A DNA stretch of 64,000 nt from Azolla caroliniana. Lineage: Eukaryota > Plantae > Polypodiophyta. The position numbers and the translations under genes are program-made. The notes beneath the pieces are model-generated. The model made no database searches, was not told the DNA's origin, and worked only from the letters and a program-made list of their open reading frames with translations. Of this stretch, positions 11,476 to 23,068 are shown in pieces (the stretch's first letter is position 1; each line of letters opens with the position of its first letter). The stretch spans positions 8,184,001-8,248,000 of the forward strand of contig JBHGNT010000017.1 of NCBI GenBank assembly GCA_043228905.1. Direction: 5' to 3'.

Positions 11476-14400
11476 ATGGGGTGGAAAGGAAAGCTCGTTA
11501 ATAAAGCTGGGCACTATCTTTCTCAGTCATTGGAATTTCCTCTCAAGCAGCTCCACAAATATGCATCATCCCCCACCACGGTATTTTATTTGCATAATTT
11601 CATATGCGTCTGTTTTTTTCTACATCAATTTGCATTAAGTGATGATGGTGGCTCATAAGGATTGATGAACACGATGGGAAACAAAAGGATTGATGAATGA
11701 TTTGAAACATACGGGTTTATAATGACATGTTAAGATTTAATGAGCGATGTAGCATAAGGATTAGTGATGGTACATAAGTGATTAACGATGAAACATAAAG
11801 AGTAACTGCGATGCATACAGGTCAATAATAAAAAAATAAGGATTAGTTATGGGCATGAAGATCAATGTTAAAACGCAAGCATTATGATGAATTGTGCCAG
11901 CTGCATATGAATAATGTTAACCTCAAATCATTGAACCTTTAAGTAATTTCTGCAAAAGAAGGAATCTGTTTCTACTGGCTATGTCTAGAATAATGTTCGA
12001 AAAAGGAAAATGGTTTCATGGCCATATCTGGAAAATAATGTTTTGGAAAATAAATGTGTCCATTGGCCACATCTGGACTAAACGTTGTATTGAGTGAATA
12101 TGTTTTCATTGGCCATACATCTGGAATTGACTTTGGCAAAATGAGCAATTCATTTCTCCATTTTTATCAAAATAATGATTTTTAGGAAAACAAACACGTT
12201 TACAATTGGATATATATATCTGGAATGATGATTGTATCTGTTTCATTATCGTAAAAATGGAGGTGGGTGATGATGGCGAAGGTCATGAACATCAACATAT
12301 TCCAGATGGTAATTTTGAAGAAAAAGATGGAGAGGATGGATATGGACCCGATACATCATCTCTGACAGCATTTCTTTTGTCATTACTATCCACTTCAGAG
12401 ACGAGCAATGCAAGGAATGATAATCTCGATGCCTCAGAAGGTAATGATAGTGGATCTACCTCATGTTCATCAAGGCAGCCACATAATAATATCAGTGATG
12501 ATGAACAAAATCCGAGCATACAAAGATCTTCACATGATAATTCATTGCGGAATAATTCATTCTTATCTATGTCACAACCAACTTCACCAGCTACACCTAT
12601 TAGACTTCCACCTTTGTCTGACAAATCAGTGCTTCTTTCTGAGGGCTTTCGCGCTTTCATATATTTAGCACTGCCGAATATTGTAAAGGATCGGCATTGG
12701 GTTTTGTTATATAGGTATTTATCTGGCTTTTCTTTCTATATATGATAGGATGGTAAGAATTAGTAGGGTTGTGTTAAGATCAAGAATTTTCTGAAAAGGG
12801 TGGATGATGACAATCAATTTCTGTTGTTCTTGTTTTCACGCACAGATAAAATTTTCATGTTTGCTATTTTTTTGAAGGGCAGCACTGCGAAGCATGGTAT
12901 TTCATTACAAACACTCTATCGGAGAAGCTCTGCTCTTTCTGAACCCTTTTTACTGGTACATTTTACCATGTTTGTATCAATAATTTGATATGATTTCAAT
13001 GTCACCAATGATTCATAATTGTGGAAGTTTTCTTATATGTTAGCTTCTCTCTTGGCTATCAGTTTTGTGGCTGGAACATATTTATCTGTCTATTTTCATG
13101 AAGGGAAATACTATTTGGCTAGATACTTCTTTTTCCAATGTGAAATTGTAATTGGTAAGTAGCTGAGATGTCATATGCTACTTAGAGCAGCATTTTATAA
13201 TTAGAAAGTTAGGGACAAACGCAGAACAGATCAATATGAATTTGCTTATGCAGGAGTATATTTCTATAACAGAAAATGTAAAGTACCACTTACTCACTCG
13301 AAAAATAAAGAAATGAGATGTCTATGAGAAAAGGATTTTCGGGCATTTACTTCTATGTAAAGTATGTGTGAAAAGTCATACAAAATATTTGCCGAGTATA
13401 TTCACGATCAAGAGTCAAGACCTCAATTCATTTCAAGATTTAAGAACATCTATGATGCCAATTACAGGATATTATGGATACATAATAAAATCAGGATGCT
13501 TACTATAGAAGCATTTATCACTCTGCGCTTAGCTGGTTTCACTCTCTAAATAAATGGCACCACATGGATGGTCATTCAACACACACCATAGTACAAAGGA
13601 AAGATGTACCCAAAAAGGGCACTCAAGAAAAACAGAGCTTCGTTTAAAAATGTTTTTGTCGTCAGATCTTTGACTGAATCAAAGGTGTATATATTGATGA
13701 ATGAATAAAGATATGAAAGTGATATCTTATTACGCACTACTATGGATCTTTGATACTCGATTCTTTCTCTTGGAGTTGTAAGGAGGGCCAAGAAGTGACT
13801 GATGCAAGGAAGTCTTTTGATGAATGAAAAATGATCGATGATCTTTAGTTATTGATTGATGGAGCACAGGTTACTGATATGGAATAATAAAATTTTGTAC
13901 AGATGGAAACCATGCAGTTAGTTGGAGTTCGAAGCTGAAGGAAATGAAAAACATGAAAAACAATGAGTCCATCTTGTCTGAATAATCAGTGTTTAAAGTT
14001 CAAATGCCTATAAAGAGAATTTAGTATATATTGAACCAAAACATATATATATATATAGTATAGAATATATCTTCCACAGAATATTTAGGAAGTCATAGAA
14101 AGTTATAACTTATACTTCGTCCACTTTCTGAATAAATTTGAGACTTTGATCATCGCAGGTAACTGGGGATTTTCATGGAGCTACATTTGGTGGGCTTTTG
14201 ACTGCACCTCTGATACCCACATCCAAAAAGAAATACTTGGCAAGTACCTCAATCCATTATTAAGATCTATGCAGTTCCTCATTTGATGTCTATAATTCTA
14301 CTTATCGCAATGTACTGATCATGTAGGGAACTAATGACATGTTTGTTTTCACAAATGTCAATGAAAAAATGCAAATCTTCAGGGCCACCGGTAATGTGTT

Positions 14401-16269
14401 ATCCAAACCAAATATGTCATATGGTTAATTATATCAGCAATTGAATTCTGCAACAACTTAGATCTGAATTTAATTGTTATTTGCTATTTGTACTTGACAT
14501 ATGTGTGTGTATTAAGTTGCATCCATATGTAAATATGATATTACTAATTGTCTGTCATTTCCACTTGACAGGAAGTATATGTGTACACATTGTTTAGATA
14601 CTTATTCCCGTTGGATGACAGTCCAACCTTTTTTTTTGTAAATGCTAGTCTTGAGAGTTTTCTGCCTTCTTGTATTCTTATAAGTTTATAACTGTTGCCA
14701 TTTAAGGAAATGGAATGGAACTCTGATGATATATTATGGAGGACAGTATCTAGCTAGTTCTGAATGATTGAGGCAGAACTATGTGAAATTGTTCTTTTAT
14801 GTTTTATCAGTTACAGAAATGTACCCGCAAATCAGTTAATAATTAACCAAATTCTTGTCACAGAAGATTTCTCTGGTTAACAATACTGGCTGATATACTC
14901 TCAATTTGGCTGTAGGTGCAAACAGGTACTTCCTTTTGTGCATGAATGATGCAATTTCTTTGGGAGGTGGTGGCCATTTTGCACTTCATCTTGATGAGGA
15001 TCTGTAAGTTTGCAAGTTCTATTTTAAATGGTAGACAGTGAAAATTTATCGCAGTGTTATAGAAAGAAAGATATATTAACGTCTTTTAAGAGTAGAGAAG
15101 CCCATTAATATTTTGTAATCGGAAATAGTAGTGAAAATGCATTGCTCTGTTGATTCGATATTATGCTGCATTGCTCTGTAATCTTTTTTGAGATAATGAG
15201 ATCTACAAATAAAACCCCATTTGCTATGTTTTTTTCCCATGAAGTTTGAGTTTTTTACTTGGTTAGTTGGGAGCTGTTTAAAGGCTTTGTATGGTTGGTT
15301 CATCCATCATAGCAAGCCTAGTGAAGCCATGGGCATGAAATTTTAGTTCTTTGATAGGTCGTTTACTTTGTCCATTTTATCTGCATTATAGCTGTGTGGT
15401 ACTTTCATTCGTTCTGCTTAAAAGGGAAACTGGACAGGAACGAGCAGACTGAAATATGGTTGTCCCTTTGTGGCTGCTTGTCTTTATTTTATTAGGGCAG
15501 GCTCCATTTTTACCTATTTATTATATGTGCTATGACATGTTCAACTTGTTGTAGTTGCTAGAAAAATTCCTCATTTTCCCATATTTGCATATACCGTTCC
15601 TCTCTTTATGAGAGAGGTTAGTCTTGATAATTTTACCATCTCCATTGTGGATTATTCTTCCTTGGTTTGCGTCATTCCTTAATGCATGCTCTAAAGCAAG
15701 CACTTGGGATAGTCAGGCTTGAAGTTTCCTACTTATAGATAAATGGGGAAAGTATGCATGTATCTGCATCAGCATCTCTACAAAGTGCTGAAGCATACAA
15801 ACAAGTAATATAGTAATGTGAAACAGAAGAATCAATCACATACAGTGGATGCCCTTCCCTCTTCTGCACTAAGAGCAAAGTGCTGCCACTTGAGATTATG
15901 ATTGGCAGAGGTAAAGCAAAGTTAGTAGATCTGACTCCCAAATTTTCAGATATTTGGCGATCTAAATCTTATGCAAATTTTGCATGGCTGTTAGTGGCAT
16001 CGAAGTCCAATCAATGTATAGCTACATGGCTTGAAATATATGATGTGCCCATTAAGATGTATGAATTCTGAGCTTGATAACCAAGTTCCCAAATACAAAA
16101 GAACTTTAATTGCCATATCGAGTCCAGAAGAATGGTCAACAGCCGTGTTGGAGGAACATTTTAAACTCTAGACACCAACTTTATTTTCACCTTTAATATC
16201 CTTGTAAGAAGTTAGATTCTTGATCCATTCAGATTCAGTGCAGAAGAATAGGGATGGAAGCAGAAGTTG

Positions 16270-16300
<31 letters not shown>

Positions 16301-16614
16301 TGGTCCCATAGGTCATGTATCACTAAGTACAAGGAGCTGATCTTCCCACACCAAGTATCATATATATATATATATATATATATATCACTCAATTCAACTG
16401 AAAATGTTTCACTTTTGATCCCATAGGTCATATATCACTAAGTACAAGTAGCTGATGTTCCCACACCAAGTATCATATATCTATCTATCTATCTATATAT
16501 GACCTATGGAACCAAAATTGAAACATTTTCAGTGGAATTGAGTGGTGATGATTCTTGATTATCAAAAATGTTACTCTAGATCGTTGCGATTGATTAGAGA
16601 CACATTAGAGACAC

Positions 16615-16663
<49 letters not shown>

Positions 16664-16876
16664 ATACAGGTTAAATGGCTCTAGTGGTGCTTGTTACACG
16701 TTTGGCAACGAGTGTTTAGCGACTTCCTCAAATTTCTCAGTTGCAAATGTCGAAGTAAGATTCTTGTAATTTAACTATTTAGACATGAGATTTAATCATT
16801 AAACTTCATATTATCTTTGGTTTTTTATTCTCTTTCACAGTTGTGGGGATTTACCCATGTATCCAAGTATGCATAA
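11476..16876 (+). CDS. TLDc (TLD/OXR1-like) domain protein, about 327 aa, 8 exons: 11476-11580, 12263-12714, 12883-12955, 14159-14239, 14327-14390, 14916-15003, 16670-16754, 16841-16876
   Basis: Spliced translation gives LPNIVKDRHWVLLYSTAKHGISLQTLYRRS..GATFGG..GTNDMFVF..TGANRYF..LGGGGHFALHLDEDLLNGSSGACYTFGN..VELWGF, the plant TLDc consensus. All exon phases are compatible. The exon 2 acceptor is the least certain. Confidence 0.92.
16301..16549. repeat. Intronic foldback (about 50-bp inverted arms) plus a direct duplication and (TA)n tracts
   Basis: 16384-16435 is the near-perfect reverse complement of 16495-16549. 16301-16365 is repeated at 16416-16480. Confidence 0.85.
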
Positions 16877-19181
16877 GCGGGATGGATCATGATACCAACT
16901 TTTACTTTGCTGTTTTATGTATAATACTTCAAACTTCAGTCTGTAAAAAGGGATTTATGATTGAGGTTAATTGTAAATGCATTCTACATATGTGTTTCAG
17001 CAATTTAATATAAAGATGTGTTTTCCCATACATCACCCCCATTTGACTCTATAAGAATTTTAAAAACGAGAATGATTGGTTGTATGCGCAGCCTCAAGTT
17101 TTTTACTTAAGCAGTTTTTTTTTCTTGCGAGTAATTCTTGGTGTGAATCATAGACTGATGTACAATGATTACATCCGTCTTATCATTCTTCTTGCGTTTG
17201 ATAGTTTTGTGTATATATCTTTCTTGGTCTGTCTTGTGAGGTCATTGATGTTTTTAATAGCTGGAAGATTTTGCTGGATTCTATACATAACAGATTTTCA
17301 TTGGTTTCCCTTAATTTCAAACATGTAAAAAGTTCAACATTCAGGAGCTATATATTACGAGTGAACTGGTATAAAAAGTAGTCAGAGTTGGTGGAGCAAG
17401 TAATGTTTCATCCTCAATTTAACACCAACTAGTGCCTATGCATCATGGCCTAGGTGAGTCTTTATGGGATATTTAAGTGTCACCGTGGACTTCGATGTCT
17501 TGATTAAAAATCCAATGATGTGAGTGTTTATTGACAGTAGTACCACACACTTTGTTAACTGAATAATAAGAGTAAACATTTTGAAAGCACATCAAAAAAC
17601 ATTCATAGCGTACTACTACACAACACACTGCTTCTGAACTAGATTGAATTTAAGCTTTGCCTAGAAAAAATATCCTAAAGGCACTTTCAAAATACACGAG
17701 TTGGGAAATCTCTGGAGCATTATACTATCAGCAACAAAATTTGAGCCAAGAAGATAAATCAGCACAACCATTCTGTACACATCATGAAAATCACAATATT
17801 CAAATCACATATGCAGGCATATAATGTGTAATCATCATAAACATGATGACCATTCAATCTTCTAAAACACAGGAAACTCAAAAACTACACGCTGAGTTGC
17901 GTATTGCATTTCTTTCTTGTATATATGCTCCAAATGGTAGGCCAAAATAAAATGAAATATATCAATTTACCTGTGCATTATTGTTATGATTATCGAACAC
18001 ATCAAATTTATCTCAGCTTCCAATATCATTGAATTATGCACAGACAAGACAATTCCCAGCAATATTTATAGGTCTAGCTCAAATTACGCTCAGCATTCTT
18101 AATTGATACACAGATCACAAATCAGTAATCATGACATTAATGCATTGAATTGTAGCATCAGAACAGTATATTGTCCAACCATGCAAAAAGAGCCCAGCCA
18201 TGAAACTAGTAGTATGAGCTCATTCACTGTATAACTGACACTATCAAGAAACCCTGAAAGCAACTTGCATGCCTTGCATTTCTAGAACCACGTTAAACCC
18301 CGAGAACAAAATATTGAATACTAACTGAAACAATGACCCCTTCCAATGCCACCAGACAATATCCTACCACTATCTGGATTGCATCCTAAACATAACTCAC
18401 AAGATTATGACAACACAAAATTGTAGGAACACAATAGAAAACCGTCCGTAGCTGCAAATTAAATTAAAAATTAGTTACATACCAGGTGTCAGGAACCATA
18501 AGATATAACAAAACAGGCGCATCACAATACAAGGTTGTTTGTTATGATTGCATCAGACTGCAAGCAAAACTTTCTAATGGAAGTGGTTTAGGGTTATATT
18601 TACAACCATAAATCTATGAGCACAAAACAGACGCATCACAATACAAGGTTGTTTAATGGAAGTGGTATAGGTATAACAAACAGTATATTTATCTATGAGC
18701 ACAACAAGATTGTGCAAAGACATTTCATTTGAGACACCAGGTGAGTATACCTTCTTCAAATTGCAAAATTGTATTTTAAACTTGAAAACAGTTTTTTTTT
18801 TCTACATCTTTCTAAAGAGAGAGAGAGAGAGGTGAGCATCCTCAAACATAAGAAACATGACAAAATCCCATTCGTGAAAGAACACAAAAAAGGGGATGCA
18901 AGAAAGGAGAGAGAAATAGATCATAAGAAGAAGGGAAGAGAGTTACAGAGAAAAAGGAGCATCAATGAGGAGATTTCCAAATCCACATAAAAGAGGGAGG
19001 GAGGGAGGGAGGGAGGGAAACAAGTATTGTATTGAAGAGGCAAGCAGATATGTGTAGAAGTTGCAGTAAATATCAGAAAAGGAGAAGACGAAGGGATGTA
19101 GGAACCTTGTGCGTGTAGGTAGATAAGCTCTGTAGTGTAGGTATTGAGGTTTTTTCTTCTTCTTCTTCTTCTTCTTCTTCT

Positions 19182-19709
19182 TCAAGAGGAAGTATTCTTG
19201 TCGAAAGGGATGTCTGCGTTGAGGGGAGGGATGGAACCCCAGTCGGCTTCATCCGCGGCGGGCTCCGGGGGTTCATTCAAGCTACCGAAGCCACCTCCGG
19301 CTCCACCAAATCCACCGGCTCGGGAGGGAGGCGGGCGAGCAGAGGCCCTGTCCACGCGAATGGCCCTGCCGTCAAGGTTATGGCCCTGCAGCTTCGACAG
19401 TGCAGTCTCGGCGTCCGACTCGTTGTAGTATGTGACGAAGCCGAAGCCCCTGGATCTCCCAGTCTCCCTGTCCGTGATGATCCGCACGTCGCTCACCTCG
19501 CCGTGCACCGCGAAGGCGTCGCGCAGACCGTCCTCCGTCGTGCGGAAAGACAGACCCCCCACGAAGATCTTCGCCTCGGAGAAGGCGCGCCTCCACGACA
19601 GCATGGGCGAAGGAACAAGGCTCTGTCGCAAAGTAGCCGGGCTAGGGCTAGGGCTAGGGTTCGATCTCAGGATTCCGTGAGACAGGCTGCGAAACAGAGC
19701 CCGCGCCAT
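19182..19709 (-). CDS. Single-RRM RNA-binding protein (GR-RBP/ORRM-like), probable mitochondrial transit peptide, 175 aa, no intron in the CDS
   Basis: RNP2 IFVGGL, RNP1 RGFGFVTY, ITDRETGRS and LDGRAIRV. R/S/L-rich N-terminus ending RRAFS. Short Gly-rich then acidic tail. ATG at 19709. Confidence 0.93.
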   Translation of the reverse strand: MARALFRSLSHGILRSNPSPSPSPATLRQSLVPSPMLSWRRAFSEAKIFVGGLSFRTTEDGLRDAFAVHGEVSDVRIITDRETGRSRGFGFVTYYNESDAETALSKLQGHNLDGRAIRVDRASARPPPSRAGGFGGAGGGFGSLNEPPEPAADEADWGSIPPLNADIPFDKNTSS

Positions 19710-20266
19710 GGCGGAGATGGTGGAGGGGAGGGAGGGGGCACAGGAGAGATGAGAGAGAGAGAGAGAAAGAAAGATGGGAACAGGGGAGGAGGAATGAAGA
19801 AGGGGGGAGAGGAGGAGAACAAACAAGAGAGGGAGGGGATCAGAGAGAGAGGTGCGTGTGTGTGTGTGTGTGTTTCTTTCCTTCTAGAAGGAGAGAGAGA
19901 GAGAGAGAGAGAGAGATTCGTGAGTCAGGGAGGGCCAATAGTGTGTTAATAATTTCTGAGTGAGAGAGAGAGTAGAATGACTGCGTTTGGTTCTTTGAGG
20001 GGCTTTTAGGGTTTTAGAAGAAAATGTAGACAGGGGAAACATTGAAATCTTTTCCGGTTTTATTGAAATTACATGTGTACATTACTAAAAGCACACTCTT
20101 CTCTATAGAGAGAGAGAGAGACGTGAGAGGGTATAATACATATCGGGATATTTGATCGGCAACAACTTGGAGACGGGTAAGAGAGACGAGGAGCCGGTCA
20201 CCTCCTCTCACTCTCTCTTGGACTTCCTACCTAAAAAAACACGCTATTCTATTGTCATCGCTTGCC

Positions 20267-20537
20267 TAGGAATTGGCAACAAATAGGCGCAAGCTTAAAC
20301 CGAACTGTTAAACGGTTTAGCAGTTCAGTTTAGGCTTGACCTTCCTTAACCGGGTTGAGCTCGGTTTGGGATGGTTCAAGCCAAACTTAACCGATTTGGG
20401 CCAAACTAGTTTCCAAGCCGGTTAATGCTTGATTGGCTTGGCTAAATCGGTTTAGGAACCGGTTCGGTTTAGGTTTGGAAACTCCTAAACCGGTTTAGGC
20501 TTAACCGGTTTGGAAACCAAACCGTTGTCAATTCCTA
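20267..20537. mobile_element. Non-autonomous TIR element (hAT-like MITE), 271 bp
   Basis: 14-bp TIRs TAGGAATTGGCAAC / GTTGTCAATTCCTA (1 mismatch) and many internal AACCG/CGGTT motifs. The putative 8-bp TSD is decayed (5/8 match). Confidence 0.75.
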
Positions 20538-21055
20538 CACTCTCCCACATCTCAATCCTCTCTCTCTCTCTCTCTCTCTCATAGGTCATATTTGACCTCC
20601 GAATACAATAATATAATCTATCTATCTCTCTCTATTGTTACGAGCATAGTCGTATGAACCGTAGGTCTCTAACCTTGAGGTTAGTATGAATGGGCTAATT
20701 CATAAGGAATAATCGAGTGTAAGGATTGAGTTGTTCTCAATCTTATGGTAGGAGATAACTTTAGAGTGTTTCATCATTTGACTGCTTCTAATGAAGGAGT
20801 AAAGAGTAAGTGGAGCCTATAAAAGAAGGGTAACTACCTTCGTGAAGGCAATCATTATATTACATGGAGATTTTGAGAGTGTGGCTAAATATTCATCCAG
20901 GATCTCTGTGGATGGGTTCTCAATCGACTGGAGTCCCCCGATGAAAGCTCGATTGCCGCTTACACCGTCGCTTCTAAGGTGCCTTCCACATCGATCGTCT
21001 TCACGGCCTTGTCTAGTTCTTTATGTGGTGGCGCATTGGCTACCCGGATGAATCC

Positions 21056-21305
21056 TATTACCCGTAGGAGTGTACGGGGTTGTTTAAGGGTGGAACATGA
21101 TAATGTCGTTGATGTGTATGTGTAATGTATATGAGTGTGTGAGGATGAGCATGTGTATGAACACGTGCACATTTATGTGCATGTGTAACAGTCATATTAT
21201 GTAACAGTTACATTTGAGGTACTAAATAAACCCCTTATGGGGTATGTAATGAATATAGATTTTTCCGCTCTCATTTTGCGACATTCTTTGTTTCTTCTCT
21301 CTCAT

Positions 21306-21365
<60 letters not shown>

Positions 21366-21490
21366 CCCCTTGGGAGGGGGTTGGATCCATTCATGGCTTC
21401 ACCCCTCACCCATAAACAAATCCTTTGAACCCGTTCTTCTGGAACCAGTCCTTTGCTTCTGATGTGAGCGCCATGGGTTCTGCATTTGGA
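21056..21490 (+). mobile_element. Diverged solo/partial LTR related to the 47236/61857 LTR family (opposite orientation)
   Basis: TATTACCCGTAGGAG-TGTACGG and AACCCCCTTGGGAGGGGGT..CCATTC match the reverse complement of the 61857-62410 and 59351-59480 LTR sequence. Right border uncertain. Confidence 0.65.
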
Positions 21491-23068
21491 TCACTCCGGA
21501 CAAGAGTTGTTTGTGCTTTGACGGTATTTTGAGTTGCTCTCACTCTATGCTCTCAAAAGTTTTCTGTCTCTAAATGAGATCCCTTCTTGCTTCCGGTATC
21601 CTTGTATGCCCATCTCTCTCTGCATCCTCTGTCCATGCGTCACCACCTATTTTTGGTTCCCACGCTTGCACGTCGTGGATAAATATAGCATGATTAGGAC
21701 GTTTGATGTTCATTAAATAGCCAGTTGACATGTCTTTCAACTCTCTTCTCCATCATTGACATTTGAAATCTTGTATTTTAATTTATTTTTTTCCTCTCAT
21801 ACATTCAGTGTACAACGTAATCACTTGCTGCCTCCTGCTACCGTAGATTCCTCCGACTCCGACTGGTTCTGCTGGCTTTCCGGCCCGGTGTTGCCTGGTT
21901 CCTTGCCAATAGCATCGCCTCTCCGGATGGTCGGAGCATCCGGTTGGCCTCCGGTGTCTCCTGTCTCGGTCTCTTGGTTTTCACCGTACTGCTCCGGAAT
22001 GGCCGACTCAGCCATATGTCTCAAGCCGGACTTGATCGGCTAATGGCAATCGACTACATCTTGAATCTCCAGTCGAAGACGGACTTCTGCGAGCATTGTC
22101 GTTACAGGAAACAGACCCAAAGTCCGCACTCTCTCCATTACGAGACGATATGATGCAAGCACAACAACCTATATCCAGTAATGACAATCAATCTAGAGGG
22201 CACAATGAACATAGTCGAATCGCTAGATTCGAACTTATGGCATGGCCGAGCCGACCATATGTCTTAAATCGGACTTGATTGGCTAATGGTGATCGGCTAC
22301 ATCCTGAATCTCCAGTCGAAGATGGACTTCTGTGAGCATTTTCATTAAAGAATATAGACCCGAAGTCCACACTCTCTCCATTACGAGATGATAAGATAGC
22401 CCCTAGAACTGGTCCACACATATATACATGGGCCGATGCCCGGAATGTCACTAGAAGGCTCCTGGTACTTCATCACATTCGTAGATGACTGTACACAGAA
22501 GATCTGGGCCTACTCGATTAGTCAAAAGATGAAGCACTCGAGGTCTTCTCTCGGTGGTTATCCGAAGTGGAGAATCGATCAGAGTAAAGACACTCTGGTT
22601 TGACAATGGAGGTGAATACATCTCCCCAACCTTCAAACAGTACCTGCCCGACAAAGGGATCCGGCATCAAAAGAATGTGCCCTATACCCCCATACATAAT
22701 AGCGTGGCGGAAAGGATCAACCGAATGATTCAAGAGAGAGTGTCCGCAATGCTCCAACAATCCAGATTGAAGCTAGATTTATGGGCTGAAGCATTGCATA
22801 TGGCAGTGTACTTGATAATTTTGTCGCCGTCGAGAATAATACGACTTGAAGTGCCACATGCACTATGGTTAGGCAAACAACCGACCTACAACAGGCTTCG
22901 TATATTCAGATGCAAAGCCTATGCATTCATCCCCAGGGATAAAAGGACCACGTTGGCACCCCATGCACTTAAATGTATATTTCTCGGTTATGGAACCAAT
23001 GGGGACTTTGGATATCGGTTATGGGACCTAGAGAACCGTAAATTGATCTGGAGTAGTGATGTTGTCTT

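Noticed and set aside
11128-11658. 176-aa ORF as an independent gene
   Set aside because: It is the 5' flank plus TLDc exon 1 reading on into the intron.
17755-17840. Possible C/D-box snoRNA on the minus strand (ATGATGA...CTGA)
   Set aside because: No terminal stem and no guide I can match to rRNA. These motifs are common in AT-rich DNA.
20636-21206. TGTTAC...GTAACA solo LTR
   Set aside because: No TSD, and the right part belongs to a different LTR starting near 21056. Boundaries cannot be supported.
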